Shown: piece after piece, positions 10,495 through 19,866 of the stretch
How the letters are laid out: each line of letters starts with the position of its first letter
How positions within the stretch are numbered: position 1 is the first letter of the stretch
Assembly: GCA_046861645.1 (NCBI GenBank)
Contig: JBHHUM010000013.1
Span: 1 to 41,573 of the forward strand
Origin: Fidelibacterota bacterium
Lineage (GTDB): Bacteria > Fidelibacterota > Marinisomatia > Marinisomatales > UBA2128
Reading direction: 5' to 3'
DNA length: 41,573 bases
Notes under the pieces: generated by a model
What the model was told of the DNA's origin: nothing
What the model saw: only the letters and a program-made list of their open reading frames with translations
The model's database searches: none
Position numbers and translations under genes: made by a program

Positions 10495-11080
10495 CGACTG
10501 CAAAGATGTCAAACAATTCCTTCTGGGAAGCAGGCTCGCGCTCAGCGGTCAGTTCGGATATTTCCTTCATTTTGGGAAGGTCAGAGAGGGAGCTAAGACC
10601 AAATGAGGTGAGAAAATTATCTGTTACAGCGTATATAAGAGGTCGACCGGGGCTCTTCTCGCGACCTTTTATCCTGATCAGATTTTTCTCTAAAAGAGAT
10701 TTCAAAACACTTCCACAACTAACACCACGAATACTTTCCACATCTGCTCGGCTGACTGGTCCCTTATAGGCTACCACGGCCAAAGTTTCCAGAGCAGCTT
10801 GCGATAGGGTCGGTGAGCCACTACGTGTAAAAAGCCGGCGGACCCACATTTCATACTCTGGTCGGGTGACCAACCTCCATCCACCAGCAGCCTTCTCAAC
10901 CATGAAGGGTCGTTCGGTTTGATCATACTCCTCATTCAATTTCTTTACCACTTCATCAAGAGTAGGGGGACTGTCGTTATCAAAACAGGAATTAACCTGA
11001 GCTTGCGTTAGGGTATTCGGAGTACAGAAGAGAAGTGCCTCGACTATCCTGATATTCTCTTTTTCCAGAGGATGACTCAC
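10481..11080 (-). CDS. scpB: SMC-Scp complex subunit ScpB
   Basis: LSQAALETLAVVAYKGPVSRADVESIRGV and PGRPLIY motifs. Confidence 0.96.
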   Translation of the reverse strand: MSHPLEKENIRIVEALLFCTPNTLTQAQVNSCFDNDSPPTLDEVVKKLNEEYDQTERPFMVEKAAGGWRLVTRPEYEMWVRRLFTRSGSPTLSQAALETLAVVAYKGPVSRADVESIRGVSCGSVLKSLLEKNLIRIKGREKSPGRPLIYAVTDNFLTSFGLSSLSDLPKMKEISELTAEREPASQKELFDIFAVDETE

Positions 11081-11805
11081 TAAGCCTCTATTCTCTCCAG
11101 GACAAGTTCCTCAAAAACATCCCTTTGCAACACCCTGACCTGACCATCCCGAACAAGTTCAAGAAGGGCGATGAAGGTAGCTATGATTTCCGATCGTGTA
11201 GCCATGGGTTTTAATATCTCGGAAAACAGACGTTGACTTCGATCTACAAAACAACCTAAGATATAACCGACTTGCTTTTGCACACTAATCTGTTCACGGG
11301 AAATGTTATAACGATCCACAGCAGGTAAATTATCAAGGAGACGTTTGAAGGTAGTTACCAGATGAAAAATAGAGACGTCACTCAGATAATAGGCCGCGTC
11401 TGGTGTTCTATTTTCGGTCTCCATTGATACTGCCCTGGGGAATTTCCTGCTTTGATCTACCGCACGAAAAGCAAGTTCATGAGCTGCCTCTTTAAAACGC
11501 TTATATTCCAATAAACGCTCAACCAATTCCGTACGCGGATCCACTATTTCACCGTCATCTTCTAATAACGGTTTGGGCAGAAGATATTTGGCTTTAATGC
11601 GCATGAGCAAAGCTGCCATGGCAATGAAATCCCCGGCTACAGCCACATTCAATATCTGTGCTGATTCTAAAAATTCCAAATACTCATCGGTTATTTGTGC
11701 AATGGGTATATCCATTATATCAAGTTCGTCCCGCCGGATGAAAAAAAGAAGCAAATCCAGAGGACCAGTAAAGTTTTCCAGTTCAATTTGAAAGGTGTGA
11801 ATCAT
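11080..11805 (-). CDS. scpA: segregation/condensation protein A (kleisin)
   Basis: FTGPLDLLL, DPRTELVERLLEY and FIALLEL motifs. Confidence 0.96.
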   Translation of the reverse strand: MIHTFQIELENFTGPLDLLLFFIRRDELDIMDIPIAQITDEYLEFLESAQILNVAVAGDFIAMAALLMRIKAKYLLPKPLLEDDGEIVDPRTELVERLLEYKRFKEAAHELAFRAVDQSRKFPRAVSMETENRTPDAAYYLSDVSIFHLVTTFKRLLDNLPAVDRYNISREQISVQKQVGYILGCFVDRSQRLFSEILKPMATRSEIIATFIALLELVRDGQVRVLQRDVFEELVLERIEA

Positions 11806-12779
11806 CCGTACATAAGGCCCACATTCCTGCGGGCTTTTTCTAAAAATTCCATTGCAACTGAGCGAGCCTTCTCAGCTCCCCTTTTCAGTACCTCAATAAT
11901 AACATCTTCATTTTCAGCCAAATCTTTGCGTTTTTCCCGAAAAGGTAGAAAATAATCCCATATTAAATCAGCCAGTTCTTGCTTGGCTTTACCATAACTT
12001 AGTCCCGGCTTTTTATAACTATTACGTAGTTCTTCCCGCTCAGCTTGATCCAAAAATAAGCAGTGAATTTTGTACAGGGAACTGGTATCTGGATCCTTGG
12101 GGTGATCTACAGGAGTAGTATCGGTAACGATACTCATAACCTTTTTCTGAAGAACATCCCGGTCACAAAAGATGTCCAGGGTGTTATGGTAAGATTTGGA
12201 CATCTTCTGACCATCAATCCCAGGTATTAGACCTGTTTCTTTAGCAATGAGTGGTTCCGGTAAGATAAAAGTTTCACCGAAGATGGAATTAAATCTACTG
12301 GCAATGTCGCGGGAAATTTCGAGATGCTGCTTCTGATCTTTTCCCACAGGAACTACCTCACCGCCAAACAAAAGAATATCAGCCGTCATCAGCACTGGAT
12401 AGCTCAATAGTCCATGGTTGGGTGTAATCCCTTTGGCAATCTTATCTTTATAGGAATGTGCTCTTTCGAGCAGTCCCACGCTGGTTACGTTACTCAATAT
12501 CCAAGTCAATTCCGTCACTTCCGGGACATCTGATTGGACCCAGAACACCGCTTTTTCAGGATCGAGACCCAGAGCCAGGAAATCCCCGGCTGCTTTGAGA
12601 GTGTTTCGACTCAACTTTTTTGGATCGGTTACCGTAGTCAGCGCATGATAATTCACCAGGAAGCAAAACAGTTCGTTCTCCTCCTGATACTCAATCATGG
12701 GTTTCATCATCCCGAAGTAGTTCCCCAGGTGTAATCCACCTGAGGGCTGTATCCCACTGAGAACACGCTTCCCTTTCAC
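11802..12779 (-). CDS. trpS: tryptophan--tRNA ligase
   Basis: SGIQPSG, HLGN (HIGH), YPVLMTADIL, VPVGKDQKQH and KMSKS. Confidence 0.97.
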   Translation of the reverse strand: MKGKRVLSGIQPSGGLHLGNYFGMMKPMIEYQEENELFCFLVNYHALTTVTDPKKLSRNTLKAAGDFLALGLDPEKAVFWVQSDVPEVTELTWILSNVTSVGLLERAHSYKDKIAKGITPNHGLLSYPVLMTADILLFGGEVVPVGKDQKQHLEISRDIASRFNSIFGETFILPEPLIAKETGLIPGIDGQKMSKSYHNTLDIFCDRDVLQKKVMSIVTDTTPVDHPKDPDTSSLYKIHCLFLDQAEREELRNSYKKPGLSYGKAKQELADLIWDYFLPFREKRKDLAENEDVIIEVLKRGAEKARSVAMEFLEKARRNVGLMYG

Positions 12780-13336
12780 GCCGAAGCCCCGTCAGCACCC
12801 AGGGGTTCCATATATAGATACGGTCGCCAAGCGGTCTGTTCCTTCTTTACAAACTGGCGGATATAATAAATTCGATTGGGCTTCTTGGGATGTCGTAAAA
12901 GTGGCATTTTGGCTTCTTCCGGAGTACGGTTCCCTTTCTTTCGGTTGCACTCCTGACAGCAAGAAACAAGATTTTCCCAACTATCAGAACCTCCCCGCTC
13001 CTTAGGAAGGACATGATCCAGAGTCATGGGAACACTTTTTCGGCCACAGTACTGACACTGGTGCTGATCGCGCTTCAATACATTCTTTCTGGATAAAACA
13101 ATATCATTTTTATGGGAGTGAATATACTGGCCCAATTTGATGACACTCGGTAGGGGAAAGACCACGGAGGGGGAGTGAACAAAATCCCGGTACGTTTCCA
13201 CCAACTCTACCTTGCCCAGATACATCATACAAATCGCCCGACGTGCAGTGCAAACCAGGAGGGGTTGATAGTTCTGGTTCAAAACCAGGACTTCCCGGTT
13301 AAGAATTCCATTCCCTTTTCGTTTCAGTGTCTTCAT
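12776..13336 (-). CDS. HNH endonuclease (McrA-like)
   Basis: RDQHQCQYCG...TLDHVLPKERGG..WENLVSCCQECNRKKGN. ATG at 13336 overlaps the upstream stop (TGATG). Confidence 0.9.
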   Translation of the reverse strand: MKTLKRKGNGILNREVLVLNQNYQPLLVCTARRAICMMYLGKVELVETYRDFVHSPSVVFPLPSVIKLGQYIHSHKNDIVLSRKNVLKRDQHQCQYCGRKSVPMTLDHVLPKERGGSDSWENLVSCCQECNRKKGNRTPEEAKMPLLRHPKKPNRIYYIRQFVKKEQTAWRPYLYMEPLGADGASA

Positions 13337-14154
13337 CAGCAAAAATTTCGAATGCTCTTCACTGTCGAAATGTGTTCTCCCAGACGTCGATTATAATCTT
13401 CACTTTCCTTGTCCAAACTTTCAATCTTAACAAAACCAGAACTATGAATGATCCCCTTCTTACCCAGGGATATAGCTACATGATCCGTTCTATTTGCTCC
13501 TGTTTTGAAAAAGATCAAATCTCCAGGTTCTGCTGCCGACAGCGTTGATTCTACCAGATTCTCATCCGATTCCTGTTGATAGGCATCTCGAGGAAGTTCT
13601 ATGCCTACGGAGCCCATGACGGTCTGTACAAAGCCAGAGCAGTCAAATCCCTTAGGCGATTTTCCACCCCAAAGATACTGGATTCCCAGGAATTTACGGG
13701 CAGTCTTCACTATCTGACCTCTAATATCTTCATCTTGTTTGTCTTCCCAGGAAGTATTTATCCAACCCACGACACCATCAGGCAGGACTACCTGGCTCCA
13801 CCTATCTTTTTGTCTAAGAAAACCTAATCTGGAGCCGAAAACAACATCCCTGAGGATTAGGGACGATGAGTCCGCTTCTTCGTAAACAGAGTTAAACAAA
13901 TCTAACACCGTACGAAACTCCTCTATTGGGGTTTTTCTCTCTGTAAGAGCAGAATGATTTATCCACCCCTGGTACCCATCCCATTGAGAAATCTCAACCC
14001 AGGATCCATTTCTATCAAGAATCTCCAGTTGCTCACCTAGTAGAGCCTGAGTCACAACTTCGGAAGAAAAGCTGGGTTTACTGTGGATATTGGCTACAGA
14101 TACCGTAACATATCCACACTTACTACCCGATCTACTTTGTATATGCTTTGTCAA
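13336..14154 (-). CDS. SH3b + NlpC/P60 peptidase (YkfC-like)
   Basis: Two SH3b-like repeats, YLWGG, catalytic DCSGF, LPRDAYQQ, GDLIFF, HVAI and IIHS. Start codon uncertain (TTG). Confidence 0.9.
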   Translation of the reverse strand: MTKHIQSRSGSKCGYVTVSVANIHSKPSFSSEVVTQALLGEQLEILDRNGSWVEISQWDGYQGWINHSALTERKTPIEEFRTVLDLFNSVYEEADSSSLILRDVVFGSRLGFLRQKDRWSQVVLPDGVVGWINTSWEDKQDEDIRGQIVKTARKFLGIQYLWGGKSPKGFDCSGFVQTVMGSVGIELPRDAYQQESDENLVESTLSAAEPGDLIFFKTGANRTDHVAISLGKKGIIHSSGFVKIESLDKESEDYNRRLGEHISTVKSIRNFC

Positions 14155-14163
14155 AATCCAGTG

Positions 14164-14192
14164 AATTTATCTTGACCTTCTGAGCAAATCAA
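14164..14192 (-). promoter_or_regulatory. putative promoter of the NlpC-HNH-trpS-scpAB operon
   Basis: TTGATT-N17-TAAATT, 9 nt upstream of the TTG start. Confidence 0.55.
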
Positions 14193-14202
14193 GCCAAAAG
14201 CC

Positions 14203-14232
14203 TTGACTCTCCCGTCGAGAAATCAGTAAGTT
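14203..14232 (+). promoter_or_regulatory. putative promoter of riboswitch-btuB
   Basis: TTGACT-N18-TAAGTT just 5' of the riboswitch. Confidence 0.55.
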
Positions 14233-14249
14233 CCACGTGCTAATTGATA

Positions 14250-14432
14250 ACCTGTTCCGGAAGGGAAACCCGTGCAAATCGGGTACAGCCCCGCTACTGT
14301 AATCGTCGAGGAACCTCCTGAAAGGCCATTGTCCCAAGCCACATTGGGGTGAGAAGGCAGGAAGGACTGAGGACGCGTAAGTCAGGAAACCTGCGGAATG
14401 GTTAATTCTCGTAATTACTTTCGAGGGAAAAG
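14250..14432 (+). ncRNA. cobalamin riboswitch
   Basis: AAGGGAA-ACCCGTGCAAATCGGGT-ACAGCCCCGCTACTGTAA, GCCATTG...GAGAAGGC, B12 box AAGTCAGGAAACCTGC, and the CTTTCGAGGGAAAAG hairpin adjoining the AGGAGG SD of a TonB receptor. Confidence 0.93.
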
Positions 14433-14441
14433 GAGGAGAAT

Positions 14442-16520
14442 ATGATTCCTGTTCATCATTTCTTACTAATTTCAATCGCTTTCCTATCTCAGGTAAACCT
14501 GATTTTAGCCAGTCCTCACATAATTTCAGGTGAAGTACTCGACCCCAAGGGAAATCCAGTTCCGAACGTTTCCATAACTCTACTGGGTAGTGACAAGGGT
14601 ACCACTACGAATTACGACGGCCGCTTCTATATTGTCTCGAGTGTGGCAATAGACTCGATCCAGATCAAGCACTTTGCTTACCTGCCCATCACAACAGCGG
14701 TATCGAATAGTTTCAGTAAATTCGTACTGGAACCAAAGTTATATCGGTTCTCACCCATTACAATCACTGGCAATATTTATGCCACCGATCGGCTGCTGCT
14801 GCCCGTAAGTCATACCGTAATCTCCTTTCAAGATAGCCCCGCCTGGGGAAACAGTATTGCTGAACGTCTCGATAGGAATGGTTTACAGGTGAAAGATTAC
14901 GGGGGCCCAGCCGGGTTGAAGACTGTTTCTTCACCTACTGGGCAGAGTGAACATATGCTGGTCATGCTGGATGGACTTCCCCTGAATTCACCGCAATGGG
15001 GAGGTGTTGATCTTGGAAACCTACCCGTGGAATTTATTGGCCAAGGTGAACTTTTCTGGGGACAGGGTTCTTCAATATATGGTTCTGGTGCCGTAAGTGG
15101 TACACTTAATCTAACCACAGCAGACATATCCAATACCTATATTCGCACTAAATCTGGCAGCTTCGGTGAAAGCAGCCTGAGCGGAATGTTATCTCTGCCC
15201 ATGACCAGTGGAAAAATCTCTCTCTTCGGCACCCATTATAAAAACAACGGAGATTTCAGGGAAAATAATGATTTCATTCAAAACGCTGCTGGATTGCAGT
15301 TCCATTTGCCTCTGGGAAAGTTATGGAACTCAAACTTCCTGACTCTCTGGTCCGATAGTGAACGGGGACAAGCAGGGTCAGAAACGTGGCTTACTCCTTT
15401 TGCCCGCAAGTACAACAAAGAACTCCTTCAAATAATCAATCTCAGGGGGCTCTCTACCTGGGGACAGACGAATATTTCCCTGGGCAGGATCGATGCTGAT
15501 GAGCACTACCTGGACAGCAACCCGGATTTCCCTGAGGAGTCTAGACATCAGGTGGAGTCACTCGTTTTCCGGGCCACGCAGAGATTCTCTTCCCCCAGTA
15601 AAAATAAACTCATCACCAGTATTGAAGGAAAGAACCATTTCATTAAGAGTGACAACACGGGTACCCGCACTCAACTGGAAGGAGCTGTGGGATTGTTGTC
15701 TATACTCAAACTATCTGCACAAACGAATCTCGTCCCAAGCTTCCGGGTAGACTGGAACAGCAACCAGACTCAAATGATACCCACCGGAAGTGTTGCTCTT
15801 CTCCACACCTTTGATGATAGTCATCTTAAATCACTCAAAATCAACATGGGTACCAGCTATCGCTACCCTACTATAAATGAACTCTATTGGACAGATGTTT
15901 CGGGTATGTCCCAAGGGAATCCTGTTCTACAACCTGAAAAGGGCCGTTCTATTTCTTCCGAATTAACGTTGGATCCGTTCATTGCCATCATCAGTATACA
16001 ACTCAGAACCTATCACCTTTTCACCGATAACCTGATTCAGTGGACAGCTGACAAAAATTGGGTTTGGTCACCCCAAAATATTTCCAAAAGTGAATCGATG
16101 GGAGCATCATTACAACTGGACGTTCAAAGTGAGCATCTTCCCATCAAACTCATCTTCAAAACTGAACAAAATCAAAGTCGTGTTCTCTCTAAAGGAAACG
16201 ATCAAGGTAAACGTCTGATTTATGTTCCGGCTGTGGCTCACTGGTTGGATCTGACCTGGCAGCTACTTCGTTGGGAAGCAAACCTTAATTACCGTTTTTT
16301 AGGGAGAAGACTCTATAGCTATGTTGCAGAAAAGGAGTTAAAAGCATATGAACGATGGGATGCAGCAGTACGTTATAGGGGTTCTAAGATTGGCAGGGTG
16401 ATTCCGACAGTTGAAATGGGAGTAAGAAATCTTACTGACAAAAAAGATCTGCAATCCGTTTATGGATATCCCGAACCCAGTCGAGCCCTCTTTGCCCAAA
16501 TGACCTTACGATTTCACTAA
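14442..16520 (+). CDS. btuB: TonB-dependent receptor, BtuB-like (vitamin B12)
   Basis: Signal peptide, carboxypeptidase-regulatory-like N-domain, plug (VMLDGLPLN..GGVDL, SSIYGSGAVSGTLNL), YRYPTINELYW, GNPVLQPEKG, RNLTDK; downstream of a B12 riboswitch. Confidence 0.85.
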   Translation: MIPVHHFLLISIAFLSQVNLILASPHIISGEVLDPKGNPVPNVSITLLGSDKGTTTNYDGRFYIVSSVAIDSIQIKHFAYLPITTAVSNSFSKFVLEPKLYRFSPITITGNIYATDRLLLPVSHTVISFQDSPAWGNSIAERLDRNGLQVKDYGGPAGLKTVSSPTGQSEHMLVMLDGLPLNSPQWGGVDLGNLPVEFIGQGELFWGQGSSIYGSGAVSGTLNLTTADISNTYIRTKSGSFGESSLSGMLSLPMTSGKISLFGTHYKNNGDFRENNDFIQNAAGLQFHLPLGKLWNSNFLTLWSDSERGQAGSETWLTPFARKYNKELLQIINLRGLSTWGQTNISLGRIDADEHYLDSNPDFPEESRHQVESLVFRATQRFSSPSKNKLITSIEGKNHFIKSDNTGTRTQLEGAVGLLSILKLSAQTNLVPSFRVDWNSNQTQMIPTGSVALLHTFDDSHLKSLKINMGTSYRYPTINELYWTDVSGMSQGNPVLQPEKGRSISSELTLDPFIAIISIQLRTYHLFTDNLIQWTADKNWVWSPQNISKSESMGASLQLDVQSEHLPIKLIFKTEQNQSRVLSKGNDQGKRLIYVPAVAHWLDLTWQLLRWEANLNYRFLGRRLYSYVAEKELKAYERWDAAVRYRGSKIGRVIPTVEMGVRNLTDKKDLQSVYGYPEPSRALFAQMTLRFH

Positions 16521-18253
16521 TCTTGAAATTGCCAGCGAATGGAAAGATAAACCATACGTGTGGGTGGCAGGTAGTAAGGTGAAGGGGTAAGAGTAATCTC
16601 TTCATCCTGAAAATTACCGAGAACACTCTCCACCAGGCTGCGGGCGGCGAAGAAAACATTCACAATAGTGTAAGAGAGTTCAAAACCAGAAATAATAGCA
16701 GTAAACTGGGCATTAAGAATGGCTGTGGCTTCTGGATTGTAAACAGTACCTGCTTTTTGATATCCTATATTTTGCAGGGGATCCCAGACATAATCATTTC
16801 TACCTGACCAGTAGTTCAACCACAATCTTGACTGGATATCAAGATTCCCCCGAAAAAATTGCTCCCGAGCTTCCAGGCTGACATAACCTTCGTGTTGAAT
16901 TCCATTTCCCCACCCAATAGGATTTCCTGTGAACGACGTACCTCTTAATTTAAGATACCATTCCCGAAAAATTCTTTGTTTGATAGACCAACTGATACCG
17001 GTCAAAATATCAGTTCTACTTGAAACCAAGTTAATAGTATCATTAGATAACGACTCAAAATAGTAAAAAGGGTTCGCAGCAGAGGCAAAAAAGGTCACCT
17101 GCTGGGCACGATCATCAATCTTTTTCTCTATATCCAATTTTAGTAGAGTTCTACGCTGTGACGTAGCGAATTTATCCGAGGCAATATTACCCATATTACT
17201 ACCAAACATCACCGGAGGTAACGCCGCCAGCCAGGTATGGAGTGAAACTGAAAACATAAATGTCCTGACAGATGCTGTTACACTACTGGTAAGGTTTAAA
17301 CCATAATTATCAGGGCCAACAAAGCCCAAGCCAGCTAAAAGAAGTATTCTCTGCTGGTTGTCACGTTTAATTCCACTTAAAAATTCGGCGGTAATGGTGG
17401 TTGGATTGGTAAAGCCATTACCATCGATAGTCGTAAAATCGACATCTGTCGAGACGAGCAAGGATGAACGTTGCGAAAGTGTCTTTTCGGAACTGTACCT
17501 GAGCCGATAACCCAATATATCCGCTTTCCAAGAAAGTACATCAGTGGTAGAAATAAGTGCAAAGCGCTGTCCTGATGTGGCTAACTGCCAGCGGGAATAT
17601 CGTGATGGTGTCGTCTTTTCCCGAACCACTCCTACTCCCAACACTTCATCCTTTAAAGATGCTCCCCGGGACCAGGAACCCAGATGAAGCACCGGCAGGC
17701 TCTGGTTGGTTTTGAAATAGCCAACCCCGACTGTCCAATGAAGGGTACTGTCAGGTTGTATCCTGTAGTCAAAGAGATAATTCTGCTGTATAGTACCAGC
17801 AGTATATTGATTTGGACCCATAAGTTGACTATCAAAGTTCCGTTTGAAACCTGTTAACCGTGAGGTACTTTTATTGTCAGCGGTAATCAAGTCTACTCCA
17901 AATTCGTTCAGTGAGTAATCGCCCCACCGGTAAACAATTTTAGAATGATTCCCTTTTGAAATATCCTCGTTTAGCGTGAATGGGATAGCTGTTCGATATG
18001 GCCAGCTCATAATACTCCCATCCAAGATCAACGCGCCTACTTCCAAATCCTCGCCTAAGTCGGAAAATCCAAAATGGTGGCTGATACCCACTTGACCGCT
18101 CCAATCAAAGGGGAGAATTCCCTGACCCAACTGTGCACCTTGCTGCTGTAAGGGAAGATCAAAATCTTGCCCAACCATATTGTTCTGAAACAGTAATAAA
18201 GTTAGAGACCACTTAATTAGATGTGGAGTAATGAAGAGTCTTCGGGTTTTCAT
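16517..18253 (-). CDS. hypothetical outer-membrane beta-barrel protein (putative porin-like)
   Basis: 578 aa, signal-peptide-like N-terminus, amphipathic beta strands and C-terminal YLSIRWQFQD resembling a barrel assembly signal. Confidence 0.55.
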   Translation of the reverse strand: MKTRRLFITPHLIKWSLTLLLFQNNMVGQDFDLPLQQQGAQLGQGILPFDWSGQVGISHHFGFSDLGEDLEVGALILDGSIMSWPYRTAIPFTLNEDISKGNHSKIVYRWGDYSLNEFGVDLITADNKSTSRLTGFKRNFDSQLMGPNQYTAGTIQQNYLFDYRIQPDSTLHWTVGVGYFKTNQSLPVLHLGSWSRGASLKDEVLGVGVVREKTTPSRYSRWQLATSGQRFALISTTDVLSWKADILGYRLRYSSEKTLSQRSSLLVSTDVDFTTIDGNGFTNPTTITAEFLSGIKRDNQQRILLLAGLGFVGPDNYGLNLTSSVTASVRTFMFSVSLHTWLAALPPVMFGSNMGNIASDKFATSQRRTLLKLDIEKKIDDRAQQVTFFASAANPFYYFESLSNDTINLVSSRTDILTGISWSIKQRIFREWYLKLRGTSFTGNPIGWGNGIQHEGYVSLEAREQFFRGNLDIQSRLWLNYWSGRNDYVWDPLQNIGYQKAGTVYNPEATAILNAQFTAIISGFELSYTIVNVFFAARSLVESVLGNFQDEEITLTPSPYYLPPTRMVYLSIRWQFQD

Positions 18254-18822
18254 GAACGTGGAATTAAGACGGGACGAATGCGGCTGAACAGTCCCGGCAG
18301 AATCAAAGCGAAAACAGCTATGTTAGACAACTGATGCAAGATGGTAAAACCTATGCCAGCTAAATAATAGGCCAGGAGATTCTCCCCTTCAAAACCAGTA
18401 ATAAAGGGAGTACTCAAAGTCGTAAGAGAATCATAAATGAAGGTTAATAAACCACCGGTCACTCCCAGTGAACCTATTTTCGCTCTGGTCCAACTTGTGG
18501 AAAAAATCCACGACCTGAGTAAACCGCCAGTACCACCAACCAGAACCATGGATATCACCTGAGCCACCACCAGGGGAGGATTGACAAATCCACTGCCCAG
18601 GGGATTAGCTCCACTGAAGATCACCATGGCCACTGAACCGACAATAATTCCTCCTTTTAGACCCAGATAGGCCCCGGCAGCAAAAATGATGGCTGTGATC
18701 AGTTCAATGTTGGGGATATAGGCGAGGGCAAAGCCCGCTCCCACAGCTGCAGAGGTGAACATGGCCGCCTTGGCCAGTTCAGTCGTTGCTGCCTGTCGCT
18801 TGCTTACGGAGGTGTGTTCCAA
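18250..18822 (-). CDS. ECF transporter S component, CbrT-like
   Basis: About six TM helices; AAMFTSAAVG followed by IPNIELITAIIF as in CbrT-type S-components. Start uncertain (TTG 18822 or ATG 18762); the 18903 extension overlaps the upstream gene. Confidence 0.7.
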   Translation of the reverse strand: MEHTSVSKRQAATTELAKAAMFTSAAVGAGFALAYIPNIELITAIIFAAGAYLGLKGGIIVGSVAMVIFSGANPLGSGFVNPPLVVAQVISMVLVGGTGGLLRSWIFSTSWTRAKIGSLGVTGGLLTFIYDSLTTLSTPFITGFEGENLLAYYLAGIGFTILHQLSNIAVFALILPGLFSRIRPVLIPRS

Positions 18823-19747
18823 AATAATTCCGGCGCGAGGTCCAGCCACCTTCTTCGCTGTCTTCCTGCAAGATGCGATTAAACATGGCTGCTTTGGTAT
18901 CAAAGTTATCTAATAACTGTAACAGAAGAGCCTCTATCGTTCTGGGACGGGATCGGAATCTACTCTCAAAGGCACCTTCATGACACAGAATCATATGTTC
19001 CAACTCAGACAGGATGTCATCTGGAAAATCCTTGATATCTGCTGCCGATTCACGTACCATATCTCTTCCCAGAACGGTATGTCCCACAAAGTGACCCTCA
19101 TCCGTGTAATCGGGGACAAGTTCATCACCCAGCTCACGCACTTTACCAACACCATGGAGTAAGATCCCCGCCAGGAGTAAATCACCATTAGCCTTATAAT
19201 GAGATGCCAGGCGCCGTCCCATTCTGGCCATAGAAAGGACATGCTCCAGGTAACCAGAACGGTAAGGATAGTGCATGGTCAGTGAAGCTGGTAGTTTCAT
19301 CAGGTTCGCTTTATGCTTACGATAAATGTCTGTCACTAACTTTTTCAGTGGCCGATGAGACATGTTTTTAATGATCCGTCCCAGTTCTGCCCACATCTTG
19401 TCGGGATCATGGGGAGATGTGGGTACTAATAGCTCTTCCTTAAAACCGTATCGTCCGTACTTGGCTTCTGTGGCAGCATTGATACGCCCCACCACCACCT
19501 GTAATCGATCCTGAAAAATCTCCACCCGGCCTCGTACAGCCACGGCATCACCTGTTTTGAACTTCTGGGAGTACTCGGTGACCCGATCCCACACTTTAGC
19601 ACCGATTTCTCCCGTCTTATCTTGCAAAATCAGATCGAGATAGAGCTCACCCGCCCGAGTGGTTCGCAGGTATTTCTTCTTACATAGATAAAATCCCTGG
19701 ATAGCGGCATTTTCCTGAAACTCCATGATAGGAATTGGCTTTTTCAT
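18779..19747 (-). CDS. YhaM/CBF1-like OB-fold + HD-domain protein with degenerate HD site
   Basis: OB fold (YLDLILQDKTGEIGAKVWD) and YhaM-like C-terminal half (GYLEH, YTDEGHFVGH, RPRTIEA), but LLHGVGK replaces LLHDxGK. Confidence 0.85.
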   Translation of the reverse strand: MKKPIPIMEFQENAAIQGFYLCKKKYLRTTRAGELYLDLILQDKTGEIGAKVWDRVTEYSQKFKTGDAVAVRGRVEIFQDRLQVVVGRINAATEAKYGRYGFKEELLVPTSPHDPDKMWAELGRIIKNMSHRPLKKLVTDIYRKHKANLMKLPASLTMHYPYRSGYLEHVLSMARMGRRLASHYKANGDLLLAGILLHGVGKVRELGDELVPDYTDEGHFVGHTVLGRDMVRESAADIKDFPDDILSELEHMILCHEGAFESRFRSRPRTIEALLLQLLDNFDTKAAMFNRILQEDSEEGGWTSRRNYFGTHLRKQATGSND

Positions 19748-19755
19748 GGTTAGCG

Positions 19756-19784
19756 AATTAACGGTTCACTCTCGTAAATGTCAA
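19756..19784 (-). promoter_or_regulatory. putative leaderless promoter of the yhaM-like operon
   Basis: TTGACA-N17-TTAATT with the ATG 8 nt downstream and no SD. Confidence 0.5.
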
Positions 19785-19796
19785 GGAATAGTAGCT

Positions 19797-19866
19797 GGTG
19801 AGTAGTAAATGGTGAGTGGTGAGTGGCGATTTAATTGACAATTTTCAATTGATGATTGACGATTGA
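19797..19866 (+). repeat. heptamer tandem repeats (GGTGAGT; A/GATTGAC-type)
   Basis: ggtgagt-agtaaat-ggtgagt-ggtgagt followed by aattgac-aattttc-aattgat-gattgac-gattgaa. Confidence 0.8.

Noticed and set aside
14167..14475. 102-aa minus-strand ORF
   Set aside because: Antisense to the cobalamin riboswitch and promoters; no protein features.
18823..18903. N-terminal extension of the S-component ORF
   Set aside because: Overlaps the yhaM-like gene and is non-hydrophobic; a later start is more plausible.
19797..19866. Short repeats as a CRISPR array
   Set aside because: Units are 7 nt in tandem with no unique spacers, and no cas genes are present.
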